A stretch of 64,000 nucleotides of DNA from assembly GCA_011773985.1 (NCBI GenBank), contig WVWN01000078.1, positions 39,151-103,150 on the forward strand, written 5' to 3'. The notes beneath the pieces were generated by a model. It was not told the DNA's origin, made no database searches, and was given only the letters and a program-made list of their open reading frames with translations. Source of the stretch: Candidatus Zixiibacteriota bacterium. Lineage in GTDB: Bacteria > RBG-13-66-14 > B26-G2 > WVWN01. Shown piece after piece: positions 34,675 through 44,459 of this stretch (positions are counted from its first letter, which is position 1; every line of letters begins with the position of its first letter). The translations under genes were made by a program, and so were the position numbers.

Positions 34675-35181
34675 ATGACGAGAGTTATTTTTCTAATTTT
34701 ACTTTGCGCGGCGGTCGCGTCGGCGGCTTGGGCCGGGCGCTTGGGTATAGGTCTCGGCGTGGCGTTGTACAAGCCGCCGGAGGAAGGTTCGTCGTACACG
34801 CCGTTGTTCTCGGCGCACGGTTATTACTGGGTGAACAAACACGTCGTGCCCTCGCTCGAGGTCGGCTACTCGCGTTATAAGATTAGCGGTACGACCTACA
34901 ATTACGTGCCGGTTATCCCGCGCGTCACGTACCACTTCGTGCTGTCGAAAATTTTCGACCCCTACGCGGGCTTAGGCGTTGTGTACGCCCGGAAATGGTG
35001 GGACGGCGTACTTAGCGGGGAATCCGATACGTGGGGCTTCGCGGCCTCGACCGGCTTCAACCTGGCGGCATCCGAGAAATTCGGCATAGGCCTTGGCGTC
35101 GAATATGTCGTACCCGACATCGGCGATTTCAAATCGGCCTATCCCGCGTTCAAGTTCGGCCTGGGCGCGGGCGGTTTCTGA
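34675..35181 (+). CDS. small outer-membrane beta-barrel protein (OmpW/OmpA-beta-barrel-like)
   Basis: MTRVIFLILLCAAVASAAWA signal peptide, alternating hydrophobic beta-strands, C-terminal ...GLGAGGF ending in Phe. The six-frame ORF starts 10 codons upstream. Confidence 0.55.
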   Translation: MTRVIFLILLCAAVASAAWAGRLGIGLGVALYKPPEEGSSYTPLFSAHGYYWVNKHVVPSLEVGYSRYKISGTTYNYVPVIPRVTYHFVLSKIFDPYAGLGVVYARKWWDGVLSGESDTWGFAASTGFNLAASEKFGIGLGVEYVVPDIGDFKSAYPAFKFGLGAGGF

Positions 35182-35187
35182 CGGCGC

Positions 35188-35490
35188 GTGGCTTTCATAC
35201 GCTTTAAAGGGCCGTACGCGTATCTGGTCGAGAACGAACGCTGCAAGGCCGGCGATAAAAGTTACGTGCGGCAGCGCGTCCTCTATTACTTGGGTCGCGA
35301 GCCGACGATCGACGATGGCGTCATCGCGGAAGTCGAGCGGCGTTTTCCGGAAATAGCGATAGATTGGCAGGCGCTCAGGGAAGAAGTCCCGGCGGCGCGT
35401 CCCGGCGGGAGAACGTTGCGCAGGCGGCTGAAGGACCGCGAGAAACGTAAGCGCGAAAAGCGCGAGGACGATTGGCTCGATTGGGACTGA
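35188..35490 (+). CDS. hypothetical protein with a basic/acidic tail
   Basis: 100-aa ORF 7 nt after the OMP stop. C-terminal RRRLKDREKRKREKREDDWLDWD. No known motif. Confidence 0.3.
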   Translation: MAFIRFKGPYAYLVENERCKAGDKSYVRQRVLYYLGREPTIDDGVIAEVERRFPEIAIDWQALREEVPAARPGGRTLRRRLKDREKRKREKREDDWLDWD

Positions 35491-35709
35491 ACGGCAAGGG
35501 CGCGGCGTCAAGGAGGGGGAGCGTGCCGTGGTAAATAGTCGAGGTTCTCGGTTGTGACGCCGGCCTCGCGGCCGGCATTCTCACGCGGGGGCGTGTCGGG
35601 AAGCGGCGGGCGGGCGAATTATATACGACGTTTATGCTTATGTACGGCTATGTTATAATTAACCCGGCGGCGTTAAGCCGTAACGATTGCATATTAAGGC
35701 AGGGGTGAT

Positions 35710-36231
35710 ATGGGCGAAAACAAGAAGATGGCGTTGGTATTGTGCGCGGGGGAATTGGACCGCGCGTTAGCGTGTATGAATATCGCCGTGGGCGGCGCGT
35801 CGATGGGGATGGCCGTGACCGTCTTCTGTACGTTCTTCGGTCTGAACGCGATCAGGAGAGACGGCGTCGCGCCGCGGCCCAAGCCGGAAGAGGAGCCGAA
35901 GCGCGTGGGCCTTTTCGGCGCGCGGGCGCTACGTCGGGCTTTCGCGCGCCTCAACCCGGGCGGCGGCAAGTACATGAACCCGAGCCGTTTCTCGTTTGGG
36001 GGGCTCGGGCGGCGTTTTATGGCGCACCTCATGCGCGACGCGCGCATGGCGAACCTCGACGAGCTTATCGAGCTCGGCTCGGGCTTGGGCGTCAAGTTCG
36101 TCGCGTGCACGACGTCGTTGGACGCGCTGGGCATCCCGAGAGATAACCTCAGGCCCGAGGTAAAGGAATTCGCCGGCGTCGCGTCTTTTTTGGCCGAGGC
36201 GTTGGAGAGCGACGTACAGCTCTTCATATAG
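35710..36231 (+). CDS. DsrE/DsrF-like sulfur-relay family protein
   Basis: MALVLCAGELDRALACMNIAVGGASMGMAVTVFCTFFGLNA and C-terminal KFVACTTSLDALG match the DsrE/DsrF/DsrH-like fold with conserved Cys. 173 aa. Confidence 0.55.
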   Translation: MGENKKMALVLCAGELDRALACMNIAVGGASMGMAVTVFCTFFGLNAIRRDGVAPRPKPEEEPKRVGLFGARALRRAFARLNPGGGKYMNPSRFSFGGLGRRFMAHLMRDARMANLDELIELGSGLGVKFVACTTSLDALGIPRDNLRPEVKEFAGVASFLAEALESDVQLFI

Positions 36232-36275
36232 GCCGGGGTTACGGCGGGACATTCGGCCGCGAAAGGGGGTCGTTT

Positions 36276-36512
36276 ATGGGGAACAAAATAGTGGATTGTA
36301 TCGGCCTTTACTGCCCCGTGCCTATCGCCCGGGCCGCGGAGGAGGTAAGGAAGGTTGCCGAGGGCGAGACGGTTACGGTTTTGGCGGACGACCCGGGCGT
36401 GGAGAACGATTTTCCGAACTGGTGCCGCGTTACGGGTCACGAGTTGGTCTCGTTGGAGAAAGTCGAGGAGGGGTACAGAATAGTTATAAGAAAGAGGTCA
36501 CCGGGAACGTAA
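36276..36512 (+). CDS. tusA: TusA-like sulfurtransferase
   Basis: 78 aa. DCIGLYCPVPIARAAEEV carries the TusA/SirA CPxP active-site motif. Confidence 0.75.
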   Translation: MGNKIVDCIGLYCPVPIARAAEEVRKVAEGETVTVLADDPGVENDFPNWCRVTGHELVSLEKVEEGYRIVIRKRSPGT

Positions 36513-36569
36513 GTTGCGCGGGGCGAACGCCGTGCGGGCGGCGAAGCGTCACAGGGATTAAACGCTGCG

Positions 36570-37310
36570 CTATTTAAGTTCCGGCGACGCGTCCGGGTCG
36601 AAGGGGTTGGTCCGGAGGGCGAGCGAGAAGAGGTATGGGTAGGTGCGTTGGAGGTGCTCCATGTATTTGAGCCATTCGGCGATGGTTCGGACGTACGCTC
36701 TTTGGACGTCGCCCGCGAGATGTTCGTAATCGGCGGCCGCTAAACCGTACACCGTGTCGCGTTGGGCTAGCTCTTCGGTGAGGTGGGTAACGGCCCACAG
36801 GAGGTTCGTAAAGGACTCGTGCTCGAGTAGGTTGGGGTTTTCCAGGAGACGGAGGAGGAATTCCCTTTTGGCCAGGAGGAAGTCGCGAAGGTCGTCGAGT
36901 GCTTCGGGTTTGACCTCTATGCTGTAATCGTATTCGGCCATACGTTTACCCGCGTGGAGGAAGTCGCGGCGCGTCCATTCGTTGTTTAGGAGCAGGTTTT
37001 GGCGAACTTCGTCGAAGTCTTCGTCGAGGGCGATAAAGCTTTTCAAGAGGTCGGTACCTACTTCGCTGAAGAAGGCGCCGATGACCATGTTCAGTTTATT
37101 TAGAAGGGAGCGTTTCTCGCGAAGGCTCAGCAGGCGGTGGATGATCAACGTAACGAGCAAGACCTCTATCGGTACGAATGCGACGTCGCCCACGAGGTAG
37201 ATAAAAATATGGTGCACGTCCCGGAAAACCAAGAAGTGAACCGCGTAAATCAAGGCCGATAAAGCGACCAAGGCGAACGCCAAATAAGCTAGCCAGTTTG
37301 CGCGCTTCAT
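36570..37310 (-). CDS. hypothetical membrane protein
   Basis: Two N-terminal transmembrane helices, then a soluble helical domain. 246 aa. No motif recognised. Confidence 0.4.
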   Translation of the reverse strand: MKRANWLAYLAFALVALSALIYAVHFLVFRDVHHIFIYLVGDVAFVPIEVLLVTLIIHRLLSLREKRSLLNKLNMVIGAFFSEVGTDLLKSFIALDEDFDEVRQNLLLNNEWTRRDFLHAGKRMAEYDYSIEVKPEALDDLRDFLLAKREFLLRLLENPNLLEHESFTNLLWAVTHLTEELAQRDTVYGLAAADYEHLAGDVQRAYVRTIAEWLKYMEHLQRTYPYLFSLALRTNPFDPDASPELK

Positions 37311-37486
37311 AATAATCGAACCTCGTTTTTAGTGGTTTTTAGATGGGAACTATAATATAATATTTTGGGTTGGAATGGTTCAAGATAAAGAGGGGGGGGA
37401 GTAAGCGGGCCAGGAAGATACGGTTGTTACCTGGTCTTTTCGTTTAGCCGGCCGACGCAGTTTCGGCCGAGGCCGGTGAGATTTAT

Positions 37487-38233
37487 ATGAGGAGATTCTT
37501 CGCATACTGGTTGGTGGCTACGGCGGCCGCGGCCGGGGCGACGCAGACCACGCCCGAGGCCGCGGCTTTTTTCAACGACGGCGTCGAGAAGGCAAACGCC
37601 GGCGAATATAAGGCGGCCTTGAACGCGTTCGAAGAGAGCCTCGCAGAAGACCCCAACCTCGTCGAAGCCCACGAGTGGATCGCGCACATACTTATCCTAC
37701 AAGGGGATTACGAGGGGGCGATCGCGCGGTACCAGCGCATCGTCGCGCGCAACCCCTCGACAGATTCCAAAGTGAGCCTCGGCCTCGCGTACCTGCGCGT
37801 GGGCGACGTGGATATGGCCGTCAAGACGCTGTCGAACGCGGTGGCGGCGGACCCGAATCATTACAAAGGGTGGAATAACCTTTCCATGGCTTACCTGCGG
37901 TTGGGCAAGCTTGCCGACGCGCGAAGGGCGGCACAGAAAGCGCTGGCGCTTAACCCGAACTTCGCGTCGGCTTACGTCAACCTCGGCAACGTCCAACTCC
38001 GCGAGGGTGACGCGGGAGGTGCGGTAGCGTCTTACGAGAAGGCGTTCGAGTTGGACGCGGACCAGGTCGACGCTTATTACGGTTTGGCGGAAGCCTATAA
38101 TTACCTGGGTGAGGAGAAAACGGCGGGCGATTATTATCTGAAGTACCTCAAGCGCGGGGGCGACCCGGCGCGGCGGGCGGCCGCGGTGGAATGGCTCTGG
38201 GAGCACGGCCGCGGGGCGGAGGTGCCGAGGTAG
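37487..38233 (+). CDS. secreted TPR-repeat protein
   Basis: Signal peptide MRRFFAYWLVATAAAAGA. Six TPR-like repeats (A..YN.G.AY...G....A...Y..AL.L.P). Confidence 0.6.
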   Translation: MRRFFAYWLVATAAAAGATQTTPEAAAFFNDGVEKANAGEYKAALNAFEESLAEDPNLVEAHEWIAHILILQGDYEGAIARYQRIVARNPSTDSKVSLGLAYLRVGDVDMAVKTLSNAVAADPNHYKGWNNLSMAYLRLGKLADARRAAQKALALNPNFASAYVNLGNVQLREGDAGGAVASYEKAFELDADQVDAYYGLAEAYNYLGEEKTAGDYYLKYLKRGGDPARRAAAVEWLWEHGRGAEVPR

Positions 38234-39015
38234 TGCCTCGCCCGGGCCGCCGGGGAAGGCTGCCCTTCGAGATTATCGCCGGGCGCAACAGCGTGAGGGC
38301 GGCGCTCGAGGCAAGGAGGCGTGAGGTGGCAACGGTCGTTTTGGACCGGAGTGCCGGGGGCGTGCCCGTCGACGAAATCCGGCGGCTCGCGGGCGAGGCG
38401 GGCGCGAGGTTGAACGTGGCCTCGAGCCGGGACTTGACGAAGTTAGTGGGGGGAGATTTCCACCAGGGCGTCGCGGCTTACGTCGCGAGGATACCGACGC
38501 CTACGTGGGAAGAGCTTGCGGCCGCGGCGCGCGCGGGGCGGCCGCTAGTCGTGCTCGACCACGTGGAGGATCCCCGCAACCTGGGCGCCGTGGTGCGGGC
38601 GGCTGCGGCGTTGGGGGCGGGCGGCGTTTTCTTCCCGCCCCGTCGCCAGGTGGGGATTACGCCCGCGGTGGCGAAGGTGGCGGAGGGCGGTTTGGAATAC
38701 GTACCGACGCTACCCGTTAGCAACGTCGGCGGATTTCTGGGGCAAGTGAAGGACGCCGGTATCTGGCGTTACGGTTTGGAAGCGGACGGCGAAGCGCAGA
38801 TGGGAGAGCTCGACTTCGACGAAGGCGCGGCATTCGTCTTCGGCGGCGAGGGCACCGGTCTGAGCCTTGCCGCGCGGCGCGAGTGTGACGCGGTCGTGGC
38901 CATCACGCTCGCGAGTGACGTATCTTCGCTAAACGTGGCCGCCGCGGCGGCCGTAACCCTTTACGAGTTTCGGCGGCAACACCCGCTCGCCGAAGCCGTA
39001 GACCGAAGGGGGTAA
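38191..39015 (+). CDS. rlmB: 23S rRNA (guanosine-2'-O-)-methyltransferase RlmB (SpoU/TrmH family)
   Basis: N-terminal substrate-binding domain (IAGRNSVRAALEA), SPOUT motifs LVVLDHVEDPRNLGAVVRAAAALGA and FVFGGEGTGLS. The start is either ATG 38191 (overlapping the TPR gene) or in-frame GTG 38233. Confidence 0.75.
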   Translation: MALGARPRGGGAEVVPRPGRRGRLPFEIIAGRNSVRAALEARRREVATVVLDRSAGGVPVDEIRRLAGEAGARLNVASSRDLTKLVGGDFHQGVAAYVARIPTPTWEELAAAARAGRPLVVLDHVEDPRNLGAVVRAAAALGAGGVFFPPRRQVGITPAVAKVAEGGLEYVPTLPVSNVGGFLGQVKDAGIWRYGLEADGEAQMGELDFDEGAAFVFGGEGTGLSLAARRECDAVVAITLASDVSSLNVAAAAAVTLYEFRRQHPLAEAVDRRG

Positions 39016-39019
39016 AGAT

Positions 39020-39403
39020 TTGAAGAGGAGAGCGTTTTTGGTCGGCTTGTCGTTAATCGGCGCCGCCGTCGCCCTCGTGGCGTTGAGTTGCGGCCCTTCA
39101 GGAAAGTTCGGGAAGCCGATGACCACTGGGGAGAAAACAGCCATCGACGAAATACGTGACGACCCGGGGCTCTTCGACGGTAAGACGGTTGCGGTAGAGG
39201 GCCAGGTAGCTACCGTCGACGACGACGGCCGCGGCTTCCAATTGGATAATGGTTACGGCGTTTTACTCTACGTGAAGGTGGTCGGCGATTTCAAAGTAGC
39301 GCGAGGCGCCAAATACCACCTCGCGACGGCCGAAGGTAAGGTCGCGGTCGATAAAAAGACCGAGGAACCACGGCTGATGGCTACCGGCGTCGAGGTTAAA
39401 TAG
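39020..39403 (+). CDS. lipoprotein, hypothetical
   Basis: MKRRAFLVGLSLIGAAVALVALSCG signal peptide with lipobox L-S-C. 127 aa. Terminator-like hairpin follows. Confidence 0.5.
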   Translation: MKRRAFLVGLSLIGAAVALVALSCGPSGKFGKPMTTGEKTAIDEIRDDPGLFDGKTVAVEGQVATVDDDGRGFQLDNGYGVLLYVKVVGDFKVARGAKYHLATAEGKVAVDKKTEEPRLMATGVEVK

Positions 39404-39492
39404 GTTACTTTTACCGCGGAGCCGGCAGCGGCCCCGAGCCGTGCGCCGGCTTTTTCATTTGCGGGGCAATGGCGTTGTGATAATATCGTACA

Positions 39493-40131
39493 GTGCGCCT
39501 TCTATCGGAAATCATCCGCAATAAATACCTTTTGGCGCTGGCGGTATTCCTGGGCGCGCTCTTCGGCGCGAGCTTCCTCTTGCCGCCGACGGCGCGGGCC
39601 CTCGCCCGTTTCTTCGCGTATATGTCCTTGGCCTCGAACACCATACCGCTGCCGGCGACGCCCGTGATTATATACGCAGGGCGGGAATACCCCTGGCTTG
39701 CGGTGGCCCTTTTGGGCGCCGCGGCGACGTCCCTCGCCAACCTCCTCGACTACGAAATCTTCTCGAGCGTCTTCAAGACTAAGCTACTGCGTAAGATTAA
39801 GGAGAGCGAACATTCTCAGGCCAGCATCAGAGCCTTTTCGCGGGTCGCGTTTTTGGCGCTCGTAGCCGTTAACGTCGTGCTGTTTACGTGGGACCTGGTG
39901 CGGTTGGTCGCGATCGCGGCTAAGTACCCGCGCGTAAAATACGTCGCGGCGACGTTTACCGGCCGAACCGTACGATACGCGGTTCTGGCCGCGGCGGGCG
40001 AGTTCTTCGAGCCGCCGCTGTGGGCGATATTGGTAGTCGCGGTGTTATTGGCCGTGCCGGCATTGGTCTCGTGGCTCCGCGATAGAACGCGGAGAAAGGG
40101 CGAGGCGCAGAAAGAAGGACCCCGGGGTTAA
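39493..40131 (+). CDS. DedA/VTT(TVP38)-family membrane protein
   Basis: SNTIPLPATPVIIYAG resembles the DedA-family re-entrant loop motif. Four or five transmembrane segments. 212 aa. Confidence 0.45.
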   Translation: MRLLSEIIRNKYLLALAVFLGALFGASFLLPPTARALARFFAYMSLASNTIPLPATPVIIYAGREYPWLAVALLGAAATSLANLLDYEIFSSVFKTKLLRKIKESEHSQASIRAFSRVAFLALVAVNVVLFTWDLVRLVAIAAKYPRVKYVAATFTGRTVRYAVLAAAGEFFEPPLWAILVVAVLLAVPALVSWLRDRTRRKGEAQKEGPRG

Positions 40132-40168
40132 ATGCCGGCTTTCCATTTTCCGGCGAAGAGAACCCTCG

Positions 40169-40870
40169 TTATTCGAAAAGGGCTTTCACCTTTCCTAACG
40201 AGGCAGGTGTAACGGCCGTTTCACCGAACGCCAGTTTGTATACGTGTTCGGTTCGGCCGGATACCACCCGGATATACCCGCCGCCGCAGGCGCAACCGGA
40301 TAGCCCGGGCGAGGGCGCCGAAGCGACGATCGAACCCCGCTTCGTCATCTTGTGCAAGTAGCCCGTACCGTACCCGCCCGCGTAAAGGTAGCCGGCGTCG
40401 TAGCCGAGGCAGGTTATCATGAAAGGGACCCGGAAGGAGGCGACCGAGTCCCCGTAAATATCATACTTGTAAAGTAGATAGGGGTACTCGAAGCCGTTTT
40501 CGCAACCCAGAAGTATTGGCCGTCCCAGGTCAACGCCCAAAAATAGTCGGCGGGGGTGACCATGGTTACGTAACTGCCCGTCGTCGTCCGGGTATAAAAA
40601 GCGTTAGGCATGTGTCGCCTGAGACGACGTACGCGTCTCGACAAGTCAGGCCCGCGGGCTCGTAATAAGGAGGGTATTTGCCGATAGTGAAAGAGAATAC
40701 GACGCTTCCGTTGCGCGGCTCGAGCCGGTATAGGGTGTCGGGTTCGTAGTTAAGGCACCATAAGTACGCGCCGTCCCAGCCCAAACCTGTGGGGCCGGTG
40801 CAAGGCGCCGGGAAGGAGGATATTATGCTGCCGAAGGTCCCCCACGTTGCGGCTGCGGTCACAAGGAAGC
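40169..40870 (-). pseudogene. frameshifted gene for a secreted beta-propeller-repeat protein of the SLG[RK]V[KR]ALF tail family
   Basis: Three consecutive overlapping minus-strand ORFs in different frames (40566..40862, 40417..40644, 40169..40540). They carry a repeated G-x-[WY]DG-x-Y-[LF]-[WY] unit (GLGWDGAYLWCL, ALTWDGQYFWVA, LGYDAGYLYAGG) and end ...TPASLGKVKALFE. GGAGG RBS and GTG at about 40881-40898 open a 14-codon signal-like peptide that stops out of frame. Confidence 0.5.
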
Positions 40871-41132
40871 GGCTAGTACCTGTAGGGTAAATGTCCTAAC
40901 CACCTTTTAAACCTCCTCGTTTTTTCCCCTTACGTTGTATATTATAACGGTGTTTTTACCGTAACGCAAATTATCCACTCTAGCCATAGTGGTCGGCGGG
41001 CTTTTATTTTAATACCCCCTTAAGGCGTTTGTCGTTGATTTCGGCAGGAGATTTATATATACTAACCCCGTAAACGACTAATACGGCGCGCCTGCGCGCG
41101 CACGGAAGGTTTTATACGTTTCAGGAGGAACC

Positions 41133-42563
41133 ATGGGCTTTAAAGAAAAAGTCCGGGAGTTCGCGCTCGAGCAGACGATTAACCGGATGGCGAATCTTGT
41201 GTCCAAGGGCGACCCGGACAAAAATTTAAAGCGGATTATAAAGCTCGGCGAGAAGATAACCAGCGATCCACTGTGGGTGGACGCCATCCAGGGTTTCAAG
41301 TACCGCCTCGAAATCAACCACCCGTTGATGGAGATCGCGCGGCGTTTCATGAAGGAGTTTAACCCCAACGTGCGCCGGCGCCTTCTCACCAACCTCGTCG
41401 TCAAGGAAGCCCTCGTCGGCGCCGACAAACGCCATAAGATCGAAGAGAAGATCGGTTTCTACCCGCCGACGCTGCTCGTCATCTCGCCGACGATGCGTTG
41501 CAATATAACCTGCACCGGCTGCTACGCGGCGCAGTACCCCAAGAAGTACGAAATGGAGGCCGAGCTAATCGACCGCATCTTCACCGAGGCCAAAGAAATC
41601 GGCATCTACTTCATCGTCATCTCCGGCGGCGAGCCGCTCTTCCACCCCGACATGATGGACCTCATCGAGAAACATTCGGACGCAGCGTTCTTGATGTACA
41701 CCAACGGCACGCTGATAGACGAGAGGATGGCGAAGCGCATCGCCGAGGCCGGGAATCTGGTGCCTTGCATAAGCCTCGAGGGCCTTAAAGAGGAAACGGA
41801 TAAAAGGCGCGGCGAGGGCGTCTTCGAGAAGTGTTCCGAGGCGTTCGATCACATGAGGAAGGAAGGCGTTTGCTTCGGCTTCAGCGCCACCTGCACCCGC
41901 TACAACCTCGACGCCATAACGAGCCCGGAGTTCGTAGATTTCGTGGAACGGAAAGGGTGCACGCTGGGATGGTACTTCATATATATTCCCATAGGCCGCG
42001 AACCGGATACGTCGCTCATACCGACGCCGGCGCAGCGGTACACGCTGGGGGCGCGCATCCGCCGCATCCGCGAGACGCGTAACGTTTTCGCCGCGGACTT
42101 CTGGAACGACGGCCCTCACGTCGACGGCTGCATCATGGGCGGGAAACGCTACTTCCACGTCAACGTCCACGGCGACGTCGAGCCGTGCGTCTTCGCCCAA
42201 TTCACGGTGGACAACGTACGCGACAAGCCGTTAGTGGAGTGCCTCCGCAGCGACTTTTTCCGCCAGTTTAGAAACCGCCAACCGTTTAGCAAGGACCTGC
42301 GGCGGCCTTGCGCCATCATCGACAACCCGTCGGTGCTCCGCGATTGCGTCAAATTGGGCCACGCCCGGCCCTCGTATCCCGAAAACGTTGGGCTCGTCAC
42401 GGAGCTTGCGGAAGACCTGGACGCCTACGCCGCGAAGTTCGAGGCGGAAGTGGACGAATACGGCAAGAAGTACGACGGCGACCCGTATTGCGAGTTCGGC
42501 CAGCTCGAGCAGACGGGATGGGTACCGCCGTCCAAGGATACGGAGAGGATAAAGGCGACGTAA
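41133..42563 (+). CDS. radical SAM enzyme, paralog of 24001..25428
   Basis: LVISPTMRCNITCTGCYAAQ (CX3CX2C), ISGGEPLF, and a C-terminal Cys-rich region (DGCIMGGKRY...GDVEPCVF...RRPCAIIDNP). Same domain order and N-terminal helical extension as the 24001 gene. AGGAGG RBS. Confidence 0.7.
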   Translation: MGFKEKVREFALEQTINRMANLVSKGDPDKNLKRIIKLGEKITSDPLWVDAIQGFKYRLEINHPLMEIARRFMKEFNPNVRRRLLTNLVVKEALVGADKRHKIEEKIGFYPPTLLVISPTMRCNITCTGCYAAQYPKKYEMEAELIDRIFTEAKEIGIYFIVISGGEPLFHPDMMDLIEKHSDAAFLMYTNGTLIDERMAKRIAEAGNLVPCISLEGLKEETDKRRGEGVFEKCSEAFDHMRKEGVCFGFSATCTRYNLDAITSPEFVDFVERKGCTLGWYFIYIPIGREPDTSLIPTPAQRYTLGARIRRIRETRNVFAADFWNDGPHVDGCIMGGKRYFHVNVHGDVEPCVFAQFTVDNVRDKPLVECLRSDFFRQFRNRQPFSKDLRRPCAIIDNPSVLRDCVKLGHARPSYPENVGLVTELAEDLDAYAAKFEAEVDEYGKKYDGDPYCEFGQLEQTGWVPPSKDTERIKAT

Positions 42564-42705
42564 CCCCCGGTATTATGACGGGCGATGGGCGGACCCCGAC
42601 TTCGGTCGGGGCGGTTTTATTTTTGGGAAACCTTGATTTTAGGGAGGTGTTTGTTATACTTTCCGAGGGGCGGTCAACGCGGGATACGGCGACGCAGGAG
42701 GAAAG

Positions 42706-44388
42706 ATGCGTACGATTAATATGATGTTGGTTATCCTTTTCGTCGGGGCGGCATATGCTGCGGCCCAGGAAGGGTCGGAGTTGGCCCGGCCGGCGGTGAC
42801 CTTTATACCTTTCGCGGACGATTCGCCTGTCGGGGAGGAACTCCCACCGCTCCCCGGTGCCCCGTTCGACGTAGAGGCGCCGATGCCGTGGCTCGCCGAC
42901 GGTATTCCCGGCCTATTGGAGCTCGCGCTTGAGCGCGGGGCCGCGGCAAATCTCGTGTCCCGGACGGACCTCGCGCTATCGCTCAAGAAGCGCCGCAACG
43001 TGGGACTCGCGGCGGATACGCCGTTCGAGGTTGTCGCGGAGGTTGCCGAGCGCGAAGGCGCGAGGTACGTCGTGGGCGGTTCTTTTACCAAGGAAAAAAA
43101 GGACCTCTCCTTAACGGTGAAGGTCTGGGAAATAGGCGCCGAAGTGGCGGCGGTCCCGGAGGTCGAGGGCCCGGAGGAATATAAGGCCGAGATGGACCGG
43201 CTCGAGGCGGAGCTGGAAAAAATGGTCGGGGAGCTGAGGGAAGTCGTGGGCGCCCCCGGCCTAAGCGCGGAGGAGAAAGAGGTCCGTGCGGCGGCGATCG
43301 AAGCCGAGTTGACGGAAAAGGCTTTACGCATGGCGGAACTTGCCAAAGAGCAGTTTAAAATCCGACCTCCGAAAACCATAGAGATAGATCCCAGGCTCGA
43401 GGAAGGATTCCATGCTCTCGTCGAGGAACTGGAGGTTGTTTTAGCGGATGCGGCGCTAAGCTGGGATGAGAAGGAAGCCCGCGCGGCGGAAATCCGCTTC
43501 GCGATGGACGAGATGGTTGGTCAGATAATGGAACGCTTGGCCGTTATCCCTAAAGGGGAGTACGAGGAATTTAGCGGCGGGACCGGCGATGTATTTTCTC
43601 TCGTGAACGAGGCGGCGAAGTTCGTACTCGAGGCGACGGGCGCGGGCGAAGAAGCGATTCTTATCCCGCGACCGCCGATTGCGAATATGGAGGCGTTCAA
43701 GTGGTTCGCCAAGGGCGCGGCCAGTCCCTATACCGGCGAACAGATCAGCTTTTTCTTAAGCGCGACGGAAAAGGACGCGAATTTCGCGGGGGCCCATTTG
43801 CGTTTGGCTAAAGCGTACCGCGGGGAGAAAAATTACGAAGACGCGAAAGCCTCGTACGAGAAAGTTCGTGAGTTGGCGGACTATTATCCGTCGGCCCCTT
43901 ACGGCTTGGCTTTAATATCGCGCGCGCTCGAGCCGGAGAACGCCGACGCGGCAGTAGCTTTGCTCGACGAGGCGCTGGCCATAGACCCTTCGTACGCGCC
44001 GGTATACGAAGCGCGGGGCGCCGTGTACTTCGCGGCCCAAGATTACGAGAAAGCGCGCGAGGCTTACGAGACGTTTATCGCGATCTGGCCTACGAGTAAA
44101 GACGGCTATTACGCGCTGGGAAACACGCTTTGGCTCATAGGTAAGGATAGCCCGCAGTGGAAATCCCTTCTCCGCGCCGCTATCCAATCCTACGAGAAAT
44201 CGTTGTCCGTAGACCCCGACTTCGCAGCCTGCCACTATAACCTGGCGTCGGTTTATAAAATCTTCGAAGACGTCGAGAAGGCTATTTACCACTACCGTCG
44301 TTACGTCGAGCTCGAGCCGGATTCCCCCCGGCGCGCCGAGATCGAGGAAACGATCGCCGATTGGGAGGAAAAGTACAGGTTGAAGTAA
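42706..44388 (+). CDS. secreted protein with C-terminal TPR repeats
   Basis: Signal peptide MRTINMMLVILFVGAAYAAAQ. C-terminal third is TPR (AHLRLAKAYRGEKNYEDA..., HYNLASVYKIFEDVEKA). 560 aa. Confidence 0.55.
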   Translation: MRTINMMLVILFVGAAYAAAQEGSELARPAVTFIPFADDSPVGEELPPLPGAPFDVEAPMPWLADGIPGLLELALERGAAANLVSRTDLALSLKKRRNVGLAADTPFEVVAEVAEREGARYVVGGSFTKEKKDLSLTVKVWEIGAEVAAVPEVEGPEEYKAEMDRLEAELEKMVGELREVVGAPGLSAEEKEVRAAAIEAELTEKALRMAELAKEQFKIRPPKTIEIDPRLEEGFHALVEELEVVLADAALSWDEKEARAAEIRFAMDEMVGQIMERLAVIPKGEYEEFSGGTGDVFSLVNEAAKFVLEATGAGEEAILIPRPPIANMEAFKWFAKGAASPYTGEQISFFLSATEKDANFAGAHLRLAKAYRGEKNYEDAKASYEKVRELADYYPSAPYGLALISRALEPENADAAVALLDEALAIDPSYAPVYEARGAVYFAAQDYEKAREAYETFIAIWPTSKDGYYALGNTLWLIGKDSPQWKSLLRAAIQSYEKSLSVDPDFAACHYNLASVYKIFEDVEKAIYHYRRYVELEPDSPRRAEIEETIADWEEKYRLK

Positions 44389-44408
44389 CGGCCGTGTGCT
44401 TGAGTCGT

Positions 44409-44442
44409 AAAAAATCGGGGCCCTGGCGGGCCCCTTTCATTT
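44409..44442. terminator. bidirectional rho-independent terminator between convergent genes
   Basis: AAAAAT-GGGGCCCTGGCGGGCCCC-TTTCATTT: a perfect 7-bp GC stem with U-tracts on both strands, between the stops at 44388 (+) and 44460 (-). Confidence 0.6.
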
Positions 44443-44459
44443 ACCTGTTCCGAACAGCT

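Noticed and set aside
39411-39740. 109-aa minus-strand ORF overlapping the DedA-like gene start and a terminator hairpin.
   Set aside because: It overlaps a better-supported plus-strand membrane protein gene and the 39421-39462 hairpin. Its sequence is low-complexity basic (KRARARAVGGKRKLAPKSAPRNTASAKRY).
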